Positions 37,293 to 47,286 are shown, counted from the stretch's first letter. The stretch: DNA of 64,000 nucleotides from an uncultured Candidatus Bathyarchaeia archaeon (GCA_964559555.1 CAZLHM010000002.1:12238-76237), one strand, 5' to 3'. The notes: generated by a model not told the origin, from the sequence alone. Made by a program: numbers and translations.

Positions 37293-38627
37293 ATGGACAA
37301 ACTGGCGATTCTTGGCGGACAGAAAGCTGTTGAAAAATCTACACTGAACTGGCCCGAAGATTTTCTGAAGATTCACGGCGAAGAGGAGATAGGCGCGCTT
37401 ACGAGGGTGATAAGAAGCGGAGTTGTTTGGGGAGCCTTCGCGTCGGAAGTCACAGCGTTTGAAAGGGAATTCGCGCAGTACATAGGAACAACTCATGCAA
37501 TAGCAACAAACAGCGGAGCAGCCGCGCTGCACTCAGCAATGGCGGCCGCGGGAGTCGGCCCAGCGACAGAAATCATCACGAGTCCTCACACGTTCATTGC
37601 ATCTGCCACGAGCGTGATGCATCACAACGGCGTTCCGGTCTTCGCGGACATAGATCCGAAGACCTACAACATTGATCCTGAGAAGATAGAGGAGAGAATA
37701 ACTAAGAACACGAAAGCGATCGAACCAGTCCACATATGCGGTCTACCGGCTGACATGGATAGGATCGGGAAGATCGCGGATTCCCACGGACTGGTCGTCA
37801 TTGAAGATGCCTGCCAAGCTCATGGGGCAACATACGGGGGCAAGAAGGTAGGCGCGATAGGCGACATGGCTGCGTTCAGCCTGAATGGAGCCAAGAACAT
37901 GATGAGTGGCGAAGGTGGAGTCTTCACAACCAATAGCGACGAGTACGCTGCCCGTGTTGCGCGGGTCAGAATCTTTGGGGAGGACATCAGGCCAAATACG
38001 CCAAGGGAGTACAAGTCGGCGGAGATGGGATGGAATTATCGTATGTGTGAATTGAATGCAGCCATCGCGAGAGTCCAACTTGCTAGGTTGGACGCAACTA
38101 ATCGTGTAAGGATTGAGAACGCCGAGTATCTCACTCACAAACTTGAACGGACAGCTGGTTTCATTCCACCATATATTCCACAGGATCGGACCAGTGTTTA
38201 TCACTACTACAAAATACGAGTCGATCCAAGTGCGCTAGACGTGAAGATGTCGGGGCATCAATTGCGAGACCGAGTTGTGGCTGCTCTGACCGCAGAGGGA
38301 GTAAAGGCGGCTGTTTGGTGCCGTGAGCCGATCTACAAGCAACCACTCTTCAAGACGCTGGACGGCTACGGTCTCGGATGCCCATGGAGATGTCCTCACG
38401 CAACAAGGAAGATTGAGTACAAGGATGGGGACTGTCCAATCGCCGAAAGAATCAGCGACGAGACATTCAACATCCAGGTCCACCCACCCAATGATCTCGA
38501 ACTGATGAAGCAGTATGCCACTGCATTCGAAAAAGTCTCAGCGAATGCATCGGAATTAGTTGAGATCAAGCTGCCGAGGTGGGAGAAGTGGTGGGGTGGA
38601 TATATTCCCGTTGAGCCCATAAGCTAG
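37293..38627 (+). CDS. DegT/DnrJ/EryC1/StrS-family PLP aminotransferase
   Basis: KLAILGG, EDACQAHG, FSLNGAKNMMSGEGG and GWNYRM. Confidence 0.92.
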   Translation: MDKLAILGGQKAVEKSTLNWPEDFLKIHGEEEIGALTRVIRSGVVWGAFASEVTAFEREFAQYIGTTHAIATNSGAAALHSAMAAAGVGPATEIITSPHTFIASATSVMHHNGVPVFADIDPKTYNIDPEKIEERITKNTKAIEPVHICGLPADMDRIGKIADSHGLVVIEDACQAHGATYGGKKVGAIGDMAAFSLNGAKNMMSGEGGVFTTNSDEYAARVARVRIFGEDIRPNTPREYKSAEMGWNYRMCELNAAIARVQLARLDATNRVRIENAEYLTHKLERTAGFIPPYIPQDRTSVYHYYKIRVDPSALDVKMSGHQLRDRVVAALTAEGVKAAVWCREPIYKQPLFKTLDGYGLGCPWRCPHATRKIEYKDGDCPIAERISDETFNIQVHPPNDLELMKQYATAFEKVSANASELVEIKLPRWEKWWGGYIPVEPIS

Positions 38628-38742
38628 CTGCGGCCGTCGTCGCGCACTGTGATATTCCCCGAATTGATCTACACGGTCTCCTCCACGAGAGCTCGAAGTC
38701 TTATAGTCAAAGGCTCCAGCCTATGGAAGGTGTTTTCCAAGA

Positions 38743-39930
38743 ATGGGTCTACCCGTTCCTCTGGGCGAGTATCGTGAACGTATTGTGAAGTGTCAAAGGA
38801 CAGCGGAGAATGAAGGTCTCGACGCAATCCTAGCGATCTCACGATCGCCTGACCGTCCGGGACATGTGCGATACCTCTCCAACTACTACAATCCCGTCTC
38901 CTACAATCCATCGACAAACGTCTCCCTTGGGCTTGGTTATTCCGCTGTATTGATCCCACGCGATCAAGATGCCGTTCTCATAGTAGGATTTCCTCCGGAG
39001 GAAAGCGGACAAGAAGTAGCGGTGCAGGATGTTAGGCCCTTTCCTTTCATGTCCAATCTTGCGGTGTCAGTCTCCGAGGTTGTGAAGAGTAAGGGCCTTC
39101 AAGGGTCGGCAATCGGGATCGCAGGACAGGATGTTCTCTCAGCGCAAGCATACGTGGATCTCACTGCTCGACTTCCCTCGGCGAGACTTGTGAATGCAGA
39201 TCATATCGTCGAAGACCTGCGAATGATCAAGAGCGAGAACGAGATCAAGCTCATGCAGCAGACAGGAAAGCTTGCAGACCGGGCAATAGAATGCGCACTA
39301 GCCAACTCAAAAGCCGGCAAGAGGGAGGCTGAGCTCGCTGGAAGCATTGCGAAGTATCTGGTTGACAACGGAGCTGAGCGTGTATTCTGGATTGATGTTA
39401 AGTCAGGTCCTCGTCTTCGTTACCCGATCACTTGGCCGATGGCTTCGGACAGGAGAATGAGGAAAGGAGACTTGGTGTTCTTCGATATTGGCGCGGCTGA
39501 CAAGAATGGGTACCTTCTTGATGTGTCGAGGACTGTGGTCCTGGGCAAACCCACCAGAGAACAGAGGGAGCTGCTAGCACTGACGTACGACATGAGCCGC
39601 GAGGTTGTCAAAGCCTGCAAACCTGGCGTTATGGCGAATGAACTGATAACGATCGCCCAAGACTACGTCAGGCGAGAGACCAATGCTCGGGTGTTGAGAA
39701 TCAGGCCCGACATTGATTCGATCACATATGGAGGTCACGGACTAGGGTTTGAAGTAGAGCGGCCTCAGCTCACCCCTGAGCATACGGACGAACTGAGAGA
39801 GAACATGGTCCTATCTCCCGAGCCTGGGATTATTGTACCAAGGTTGGGGAGCGCAGCCTTCGAAGAGAACATTGTCGTTACGAGTGATGGCGGCAAGCCG
39901 CTAACCAAGAAATTGGACAGGATCTGGTGA
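38743..39930 (+). CDS. M24-family metallohydrolase (creatinase/prolidase fold)
   Basis: LRMIKSENEI; D/D/H/E/E ligands in FDIG, LDVSRT, GHGLG, PEPG and FEE. Confidence 0.85.
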   Translation: MGLPVPLGEYRERIVKCQRTAENEGLDAILAISRSPDRPGHVRYLSNYYNPVSYNPSTNVSLGLGYSAVLIPRDQDAVLIVGFPPEESGQEVAVQDVRPFPFMSNLAVSVSEVVKSKGLQGSAIGIAGQDVLSAQAYVDLTARLPSARLVNADHIVEDLRMIKSENEIKLMQQTGKLADRAIECALANSKAGKREAELAGSIAKYLVDNGAERVFWIDVKSGPRLRYPITWPMASDRRMRKGDLVFFDIGAADKNGYLLDVSRTVVLGKPTREQRELLALTYDMSREVVKACKPGVMANELITIAQDYVRRETNARVLRIRPDIDSITYGGHGLGFEVERPQLTPEHTDELRENMVLSPEPGIIVPRLGSAAFEENIVVTSDGGKPLTKKLDRIW

Positions 39931-40007
39931 CGATTGCACCTCGACATTCTCCAGTTGAGTAATAGTTCTTAGGACACCAACAGGGCCAGTCGTGCAAGTG
40001 GCAGACT

Positions 40008-40979
40008 CTAAGGAGGATAGCCAAGAGTATAGATGTGCTTGCCTCCCTTGAGTGGCCCCTTGATCACAGCTTCTATGTCCTCTTTCTTTCTCTGCGTAAC
40101 TTCCTCGATCGGTGGAAGCTGTCCAGCAGGGAACCTCTCCATAATAGCGTCATGAAGTTCCACCATGTAGTCAAGCAGGGATTCAACGCCCTTGAACGCC
40201 TTTTGTGCCCTTCCGAGTGTGGCTTTGCCAACGACTCCTGCAGGGTATGCGAATATCTCCATCGGTCCGAGTCCAACTTGCCCATACCAGTTGATAGGTT
40301 TCTGGTACATGTTGCCTGCCTTGTCAACGTGCCTCCCCTGATCCCGAAGGAAGCCATACGGTTTCGTATCTACGGCCTTCTCCATTTTGAACATCTCGGG
40401 AAACAGGGCGAGACTGAAAGATGTCTCAACTTCATCAGCATGTATGAACGGAGTCTCAAAGGGACCTTCGTGATCTCTATCCTTCACCCATTGCGGAATG
40501 GCGTGATACCAGTTCAGATTCACGAAGACGCCCGGGACTTGATACTTCTTGGCGAATTGGTGAATCGCTGATGGTATCACGTACTCCTGTCCGTGACCAT
40601 TCAGAAGAATCTGTTTCCTGAAACCCGTATTCCAAAGCCCGGCTATGATTGCTCTCAGAGTGGCCTTGAAGTCATCATCGTCCACAATCACTGTGCCAGG
40701 CATTCCCAAGTGATGGTACGGATGGGATCCGTACCAGTATGGCTGAGCTACTGTGCAACCGGTCTTCTGGGCCACCAACTCCGCCATTCTCGTTACGAGG
40801 AATGTGTCTTCGCCAAGCGGTGCGTGGGGTCCGTGAGCTTCAGTCGACCCAACGGGCACAATGATCAAATCGTTCTCTGTGAGACGCTCTTCGACGTCAG
40901 ACATAGTCATGTTTTGGAGGTAGATCTTGGATGGTTTCTCCATGTGACCTTCATGAGGTGGTAGCTTCCAATTCCCCAT
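40008..40979 (-). CDS. iolN: 3-dehydro-scyllo-inosose hydrolase-like (creatininase family)
   Basis: GHMEKPSKIYLQNMT, GSTEAHG, GSHPYHHLGMPGT, NGHGQEYVIP and FETPFIHADEVETS; start ATG 40979. Confidence 0.82.
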   Translation of the reverse strand: MGNWKLPPHEGHMEKPSKIYLQNMTMSDVEERLTENDLIIVPVGSTEAHGPHAPLGEDTFLVTRMAELVAQKTGCTVAQPYWYGSHPYHHLGMPGTVIVDDDDFKATLRAIIAGLWNTGFRKQILLNGHGQEYVIPSAIHQFAKKYQVPGVFVNLNWYHAIPQWVKDRDHEGPFETPFIHADEVETSFSLALFPEMFKMEKAVDTKPYGFLRDQGRHVDKAGNMYQKPINWYGQVGLGPMEIFAYPAGVVGKATLGRAQKAFKGVESLLDYMVELHDAIMERFPAGQLPPIEEVTQRKKEDIEAVIKGPLKGGKHIYTLGYPP

Positions 40980-41131
40980 CCTTTTACCTCGGTGGTTCTC
41001 ATGCACCATCAGAAGTCGTATTAATGTTCTGTGTCCGATAGTCACGGCTTGATAGTGCGAGGATACGAATGCCAAGTCAGCTGAGTGTCCACGCAAGTCG
41101 TTTTATCGCCGATCGCTCTCTGAGTGAGAAC

Positions 41132-41938
41132 ATGTCGAAGCTGAAGCTTGCTGTGGCTTTCCCACTAGTCGGCAAATCAGAGTTCAAGTACGAAGGTCTT
41201 CTCAGACGAATGAAACGCGCGGCGAGGAATCAATTCGATGGTGTCGAATTGCATATCGATCAACCACGAAACGCTGACACAAAGAGAATCAAGAATCTGG
41301 CACGAACAGCGAAGCTAGAAATAGCCGCTATAGGTACGGGCATGACATACACGAAGTATGGGCTGAGCCTTCTCGACGATAGAATCGAAATTCGACGAGC
41401 CGCGTACGAAACGACAAGACAGTACATCAAACTTGGATCTGAGCTCGGTGCTGGCGTAGTGCTTGCTTTGATACGAGGCAGATATTCGGCAAGATCAGGA
41501 AGAGCAAAGGCGGAAGAGAGGTTGTCACGTGTACTGCGAGTTCTCGCCCTGTATGCTGAAACGAGAAAAGTCAGCCTGTTCTTGGAACCAATCAATCGCT
41601 ACGAACTCAATCTGATACACACGCTTACAGAGGCAACAGAAATGATCAAGAAATCCGGCGCATCAGGAATCAGGATTCTCGCGGACACCTTCCACATGAA
41701 CATAGAAGAAAGCTCATTCGTGAAGGCTATTCGAGCCTCTGGCCGGCACATTGGACATGTACACCTTGCCGACTGCAACCGAGGCGCACCCGGCCAAGGA
41801 CACATCGATTTTCGAGGAATCCTCAACGCGCTGAAAGCATCGGGATATGCAGGTTGGGTGAGCGCAGAGATAGTCTTCAAACCAGATGAGGCAAGGGCCC
41901 TCGCGCAGACAAGTAGGACAGTTCGTCCTCTCTTGTGA
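41132..41938 (+). CDS. iolO: 5-keto-L-gluconate-epimerase-like TIM-barrel protein
   Basis: AIGTG, LIRG, LEPINRYE, ADTFHMNIEE, ADCNRGAPGQGH and SAE; start ATG 41132. Confidence 0.78.
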   Translation: MSKLKLAVAFPLVGKSEFKYEGLLRRMKRAARNQFDGVELHIDQPRNADTKRIKNLARTAKLEIAAIGTGMTYTKYGLSLLDDRIEIRRAAYETTRQYIKLGSELGAGVVLALIRGRYSARSGRAKAEERLSRVLRVLALYAETRKVSLFLEPINRYELNLIHTLTEATEMIKKSGASGIRILADTFHMNIEESSFVKAIRASGRHIGHVHLADCNRGAPGQGHIDFRGILNALKASGYAGWVSAEIVFKPDEARALAQTSRTVRPLL

Positions 41939-42041
41939 GCTGCATGATTCGCCTGAGTCTCATGTTGAATGCGAACAGCACATGTTTCTACGAAAACCTC
42001 ACATACGGTCAATCTCGTAACGAAGAGAGATCGAGTGATCT

Positions 42042-43031
42042 GTGGTGGACAAAGTAGGCGTTGCCATCATAGGAGCCGGATACGCGGGGCTAATGCATGC
42101 TGAAGCAGTCTCGAAAGACGAACGCGCAGAACTACTTGCTCTTGCCGATCCCATGAAGCCAGCCGTCCTTTCGTTTACGTCAAGGTATCGCATCAAGGGA
42201 TATACTGACTATCACGAGATGATCGACAGTCCCGAAGTGGACGCAGTCATCATAGCGTCTCCCAATGCGTTCCATGCGGAGCAGGCGCTCTATGCGGTAT
42301 CGAAGTCGAAAGCAGTATTCTCTGAGAAGCCAATGGCGATAGCTCTGAGTGATGCTCGCAGAATAGTCGAGGAAGTCTCAAGACAGAAGACCATATACCA
42401 GTTTGGCTTGACTCGTCGGTTCTGGCCCGTCTACAAGTTTGTCAAGGACCTAATCGATAATGGGAAGCTCGTTCCCTACCTAGCAGACATAAAGATGGCA
42501 CGTGGGGACCTCTCGAGACCTTCTTGGGTCAAAGACGAGTCAATCTCGGGTGGTTTCCTCCGTGAGAGCGTAATTCACGTGTTAGATCTCTCAAGGTGGT
42601 TACTCGGAGACATGGTCGAAGTCAGATGTGTGGCAAGGAAGAACGTCTATACGCAATTGGACGATTTCGCGATCACAACCCTGCACAAAGGCAATAGAGT
42701 CGCAACGGTCACCTCTTCGGGCCATGCTTCATGGGCATTTCCATTTGAACGCGTAGAGCTCTTCGGCGATCACTGCTGCGTAATGACCGAGGAATCCACT
42801 CGAGTCTTGTTCTCGCCTAGAAATGAAGCAGAGATGACCGTCAAGGACTATTCGCAACTGCCCAAACTCGCCCAATTGGGCTTCCTAGAAGAGGATCACG
42901 AATTCATCTCATCTGTCGTCAACCGCATGAAGCCGCCAGTGACTGAGAAGGATGCTCTTTCAGCAATGGAAATCGTCTCCGCATGCTATGAATCAGCCGA
43001 AACCGATAGACCCGTGAGACTTGAATCGTGA
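42042..43031 (+). CDS. Gfo/Idh/MocA oxidoreductase, probable inositol 2-dehydrogenase
   Basis: IIGAGYAG, SEKPMA, RRF and ESVIHVLD; iol context. Confidence 0.8.
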   Translation: MVDKVGVAIIGAGYAGLMHAEAVSKDERAELLALADPMKPAVLSFTSRYRIKGYTDYHEMIDSPEVDAVIIASPNAFHAEQALYAVSKSKAVFSEKPMAIALSDARRIVEEVSRQKTIYQFGLTRRFWPVYKFVKDLIDNGKLVPYLADIKMARGDLSRPSWVKDESISGGFLRESVIHVLDLSRWLLGDMVEVRCVARKNVYTQLDDFAITTLHKGNRVATVTSSGHASWAFPFERVELFGDHCCVMTEESTRVLFSPRNEAEMTVKDYSQLPKLAQLGFLEEDHEFISSVVNRMKPPVTEKDALSAMEIVSACYESAETDRPVRLES

Positions 43032-43046
43032 CCCGGTGACTGGATT

Positions 43047-44201
43047 TTGGACTCGCGAGAAAGAGTTCTAACAGCTCTAGATCATCAAGAGGCAGATCGA
43101 GTACCAATAGACCTAGGAGGGACAATCTGTTCGGGGATACACAGAGTTGCGTACGAGAAGGTGACCAGGCATCTTGGGCTTAGTACCGATACGAGCATAG
43201 TCGATCTTGTACAGCAGTTGGCAGCCCCAAGCGAGGAAATCCTTCAGCGATTCAGCTCTGATTTCAGACCTGTCTACATGAGGCCTCCGAAGACATGGAC
43301 CTTTCAAGAGCACATGGATGAAACCGGGCGTCCGTACTTCACAGACGAATGGGGAATCAAATGGGGCAAGAACCCATACTACTACGACATGATAGATCAT
43401 CCCTTGAAGCAGCCAGACATCAAAGCGATCGAGAAACATCCGTGGCCAGATGCCAACGCCCCTGGTAGACTGGACGGAGTAAGAGAAGAGGCAAGGAAAC
43501 TCCGCAGAGAGACAGACTACGCAATAGTCGCTGGCATTTCAGGACCGGTCGCCGCCGGGCTTTTCGAACAAGCTTGGTTCATGAGGGGCTTCCAGAATTT
43601 CATGACAGACATGATGATCAGGCCTGAGTTTACGAACCGCCTCTTGGACAGAATACAAGATGTGCACATTGATTTCTACGAGAAATACTTGGATGCCGTT
43701 GGTGAACATGTGGATATCATAGAATGGGGAGACGACTATGGGATGCAGACTGGTCCCTTGCTGTCTCCAGCATTGTTCACGAAATACTTCAAACATAGAG
43801 ACAAGGAATTCCTTGATTTCGTGAAGAGCAAGACTGATGCAAAGATATTCTGGCACACTTGTGGGTCCGTCTATCCATTCATCAACGACCTAGTTGAGGC
43901 TGGTGTTGACATATTGAACCCAGTCCAGCCGCTAGCTGCGAACATGGATCACGGAAAGCTGAAGGCGGAATTTGGTGGTCGTCTTTGCTTCCACGGGGGA
44001 CTTGACATTCAGAAGACACTCCCACGTGGCTCACAAGAAGAGGTCGCAAGAGGTGTCAAGGCAGTGTTGAAGAATCTAGCTACCAAGGGCGGCTATGTTT
44101 TCGCCTCTGCTCACAACATCCAAGCGGATGTTCCGCCGGAAAACATCATCGCAATGTTTGAGGCAGCTAGGGAATACGGACAATACCCCTTTGATTTCTA
44201 G
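43047..44201 (+). CDS. Uroporphyrinogen-decarboxylase/MtaA-like protein
   Basis: SRERVL..EADRVPID, DEWG, GDDYG, HTCG, LNPVQ and HNIQ.DVPPENI. Confidence 0.85.
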   Translation: MDSRERVLTALDHQEADRVPIDLGGTICSGIHRVAYEKVTRHLGLSTDTSIVDLVQQLAAPSEEILQRFSSDFRPVYMRPPKTWTFQEHMDETGRPYFTDEWGIKWGKNPYYYDMIDHPLKQPDIKAIEKHPWPDANAPGRLDGVREEARKLRRETDYAIVAGISGPVAAGLFEQAWFMRGFQNFMTDMMIRPEFTNRLLDRIQDVHIDFYEKYLDAVGEHVDIIEWGDDYGMQTGPLLSPALFTKYFKHRDKEFLDFVKSKTDAKIFWHTCGSVYPFINDLVEAGVDILNPVQPLAANMDHGKLKAEFGGRLCFHGGLDIQKTLPRGSQEEVARGVKAVLKNLATKGGYVFASAHNIQADVPPENIIAMFEAAREYGQYPFDF

Positions 44202-44356
44202 CGAAGATAAGAATACCCAATGATGCGACTCCATGAGCAATGTCTGCGTAGATTGTTGAACTAGTTCAGAGAGCAGCAACTTACAGAAGCTCTTCTACCT
44301 GACGCCGACAGCATTTTATAACAAATCATGGTCGGAGCTCAGAATGGTGCACTCAT

Positions 44357-45169
44357 GTGAAGGTCAAAGTCGCCGCGGTCCTGCCGCTAACCAGATCGAT
44401 TGATGAAGAAAACATTCCCAGAGCTGTAGAATATCTCAACGAGGCCGTTCAGCAGGGAGCGAAGATTGTCTGCTTTCCAGAAGACTACCTCTATTCTGAT
44501 ACCGCAAGGCTCCCCAATTCAAACATTGAGTCTTATCCCGGCGTGAGGGTGCTCCGAGACAAAGCAAAGGAAAGTCGCGTGTATGTGATACCGGGCACAA
44601 TGGCAGAGAAGGCTGAAGGCGGTGGTTTCTACAACACTGCGCTCTTGGTAGACCCAAATGGAGAGGTGGTCGGCAAGTACAGGAAGACCCATCTTGCGGT
44701 GGGCGAAGCGAGAGTACCTGGCGGCAAAGAAGAAGTCCGAAAGCTATTCAGAACAGAATACGGTAATGTTGGGATTCATATCTGCTATGAGATCTGTTTT
44801 CCGGAAGTCGCGAGAATAACCGCTCTTGTAGGCGCTGACATGATATTTTGGCCGTGCGGCGGCAAGTACTACGAGATACGGGAGACATGGCGGCACATGG
44901 TGATTGCACGAGCGATCGAGAACTTGACATACGTGATCAGTTGCTCGAACCTCTTTGGGATGGAGCGAGGAATAGCGGTAATCGCTGGACCCGAGGATGT
45001 TCTGGCCGAGAGAGACAGCGAGGGCGTGATAACCGCAACTCTGGACATCGATCGCATCCACTGGCTTAGGTCTACTCCAGAATCCTACGATGTCCCAAAG
45101 CCATTCAAATGCGTGCCAGGGACACTGATGCACCGCCGTCCCGAGCTCTATCAGAGTCTGACCGAATAG
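44357..45169 (+). CDS. Carbon-nitrogen hydrolase (paralog of 26531-27376)
   Basis: CFPED, YRKTHL, ICYEICFPE, ARAIEN and RRPELY. Confidence 0.9.
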   Translation: MKVKVAAVLPLTRSIDEENIPRAVEYLNEAVQQGAKIVCFPEDYLYSDTARLPNSNIESYPGVRVLRDKAKESRVYVIPGTMAEKAEGGGFYNTALLVDPNGEVVGKYRKTHLAVGEARVPGGKEEVRKLFRTEYGNVGIHICYEICFPEVARITALVGADMIFWPCGGKYYEIRETWRHMVIARAIENLTYVISCSNLFGMERGIAVIAGPEDVLAERDSEGVITATLDIDRIHWLRSTPESYDVPKPFKCVPGTLMHRRPELYQSLTE

Positions 45170-45221
45170 ACACTCAAACGTCGAAGGGCTCTGTCCTCAC
45201 TTGCAAGCGGCGGCTATGGAT

Positions 45222-46409
45222 TCAGACCTCGTACCTGTAGGTGTTCAGGAGTTCACCGCCTCTCTTTGTCACTAGCATGAGGTCCTCAAACCTGGAACCG
45301 CCGAGGCCGGGCACTAGGATCCAGGGCTCGATCGAGATCACCATTCCCTCTTTCAGCTCCATGTTAGCCCCCGGAACATACCATAGGCTCTCCATGTCCA
45401 GCCCCATTCCATGTCCAATGAACATCACAGGAGAAGGGCGCGCGATGCTGTACTCACCTGAATCCATCTTTTTCGTCACAAAGTCATTGGTGCTTTGCAT
45501 CCAGTCAGTTCCCTTCAGACCAGCTGCGCCGATCTCAGCCACAAAATCCGTCGTTTCACGTCCAAGCCGGACAAGATCACGCTTAGGCTGAGATGCTCTG
45601 CCAGCTATTGTCGTTCTAGCGACATCGAAGAAGTAGCCGTTCTCATCTTGACCCCCTAGGTCAATCATTACCATATCATCTTCTCGAATGACCCTGTCTC
45701 CAGCCATGGGCCATGCGATAACGAGTTCACTGTTCGGTCCCGACTGAACATCGTTGAAGAGCACACGTTCCGCTCCCTCTCGGAGCATTGTTGCCGCCGC
45801 TACTGCAGCAATATCTCGTTCCCTCACGCCGGGCTTTACGGCTTCGACTGCTGCTTTGAGTGCCCTATCTGACAGATCTGCGGTCTTCCTCATCAGCTCA
45901 ATCTCATTGTTGCTCTTCACTTGGCGCAATTCTTCGATGATGTAGTCTGCATACGCGAATTGGACCCGTGGGAGTCCCTCCTCTATGAGTCTCATCAGAT
46001 AGGCGGCGACTATATCCTCACCCCCAACTCCAATCCTTGCGTGATCAAGCCCTTTCTCTTTGACAACGTTGACGACAGCCTCCACGATATCGGTTTCATA
46101 GTTCCTAACATCTCTGATTGTGATCTCGAATTCTGTGAACGGCACCTCAGCCTTCAGGAGTACAGGTTCACCGTAGGTCGGAATCAGAACGCACGAGTCA
46201 GCCATCCCCCTCCTGAGAGGTTGCCCGGGAAGACTGGACGCATTGAAGGAGCAGGGGGCGTAGTAGTTAGAGAGATACCTAACATGTCCGGGTCTATCTG
46301 GTGAGTGTGAGAAGACCACCAACGCATGAAAGCCGGCCTGCTTCGCCAACTTTCTGCATCTCTCAACTCTCTCCCTGTATTCACTTAACGGCACCGGAAG
46401 CCTTACCAT
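45222..46409 (-). CDS. M24-family metallohydrolase (paralog of 38743-39930)
   Basis: MVRLPVPLSEYRER, PDRPGHVRYLSNYY and D/D/H/E/E ligands; start ATG 46409. Confidence 0.85.
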   Translation of the reverse strand: MVRLPVPLSEYRERVERCRKLAKQAGFHALVVFSHSPDRPGHVRYLSNYYAPCSFNASSLPGQPLRRGMADSCVLIPTYGEPVLLKAEVPFTEFEITIRDVRNYETDIVEAVVNVVKEKGLDHARIGVGGEDIVAAYLMRLIEEGLPRVQFAYADYIIEELRQVKSNNEIELMRKTADLSDRALKAAVEAVKPGVRERDIAAVAAATMLREGAERVLFNDVQSGPNSELVIAWPMAGDRVIREDDMVMIDLGGQDENGYFFDVARTTIAGRASQPKRDLVRLGRETTDFVAEIGAAGLKGTDWMQSTNDFVTKKMDSGEYSIARPSPVMFIGHGMGLDMESLWYVPGANMELKEGMVISIEPWILVPGLGGSRFEDLMLVTKRGGELLNTYRYEV

Positions 46410-46434
46410 CTCAAATTCCTCCTTTCTATGCAAC

Positions 46435-47286
46435 TCAACTCCAGAAGAAAGTGTACGCGTGGCCGTAACCAAGAATCCACAACGCGACAAACGCTCCAGT
46501 CACCGATAGCACATATGCCAGAAACAGGAAATCACGCAGCTTGAATCTGTATTCCCGAAATATCGTGCGCTTCGGGGCTGCCCCAAAGCAGCGTGACTCC
46601 ATTACAATGGACATCTTGTTGATCATGTCTATTGAGAGCAACAGAACTGGAACGAACATGCCGACATAGGCTTTGAGTTTCTCTGCAAAGCTTCCTCGTT
46701 CGTATCCTTTGAAGCCCTTGACCTTCTGAGCATTCATCACAGAGAATACATTGTCTTCTACGGTTGGGATGTATCTGATAGTCATCGCAAACATATAGGA
46801 TAGGTATGTTGGGATTCCCCACTTCTCGAGGCTGTTTCCAACGTCCCTCGGGAAGGACGTTCCTGTAAAGATGAGCAATGACAGCAGCATGTTGAGTATC
46901 CTGATTCCATAGTTCACGCCGAGCAGTGCGCCATAGGTCGTCACCGGAAACGGGCCAAGCCAGAACAAGAGTCCAACGTCGACTCCTTGTCTAACAAGCT
47001 CAGGATAGTCACCCGCGGGTAACCTGAAAACGGCGTTCGCTGGAACAAGAAGAGCAAACGTCAGTATTATGCCAGTCAAGAAGAGCTTGTTCCTCAACTC
47101 GGGTCGAGCAAGGATCTTGGAAATGATCAGAAGCGGCACAACAAGGCTGAGGGTTATTGCAAGCTGATATGTGTAGTCAGAGAATAATATCGCGATTACA
47201 AGCACGGCTGTCATGTAAATTGCCTTGCTTCTCGGGTCGAGTCTATGCATGAGCGTGGTGCCTGTGTAGTCTCTGAATAGTACCAT
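46435..47286 (-). CDS. ECF transporter T component
   Basis: HRLDPRSK, RYIP, AQKVKG and MESRCF. Confidence 0.9.
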   Translation of the reverse strand: MVLFRDYTGTTLMHRLDPRSKAIYMTAVLVIAILFSDYTYQLAITLSLVVPLLIISKILARPELRNKLFLTGIILTFALLVPANAVFRLPAGDYPELVRQGVDVGLLFWLGPFPVTTYGALLGVNYGIRILNMLLSLLIFTGTSFPRDVGNSLEKWGIPTYLSYMFAMTIRYIPTVEDNVFSVMNAQKVKGFKGYERGSFAEKLKAYVGMFVPVLLLSIDMINKMSIVMESRCFGAAPKRTIFREYRFKLRDFLFLAYVLSVTGAFVALWILGYGHAYTFFWS

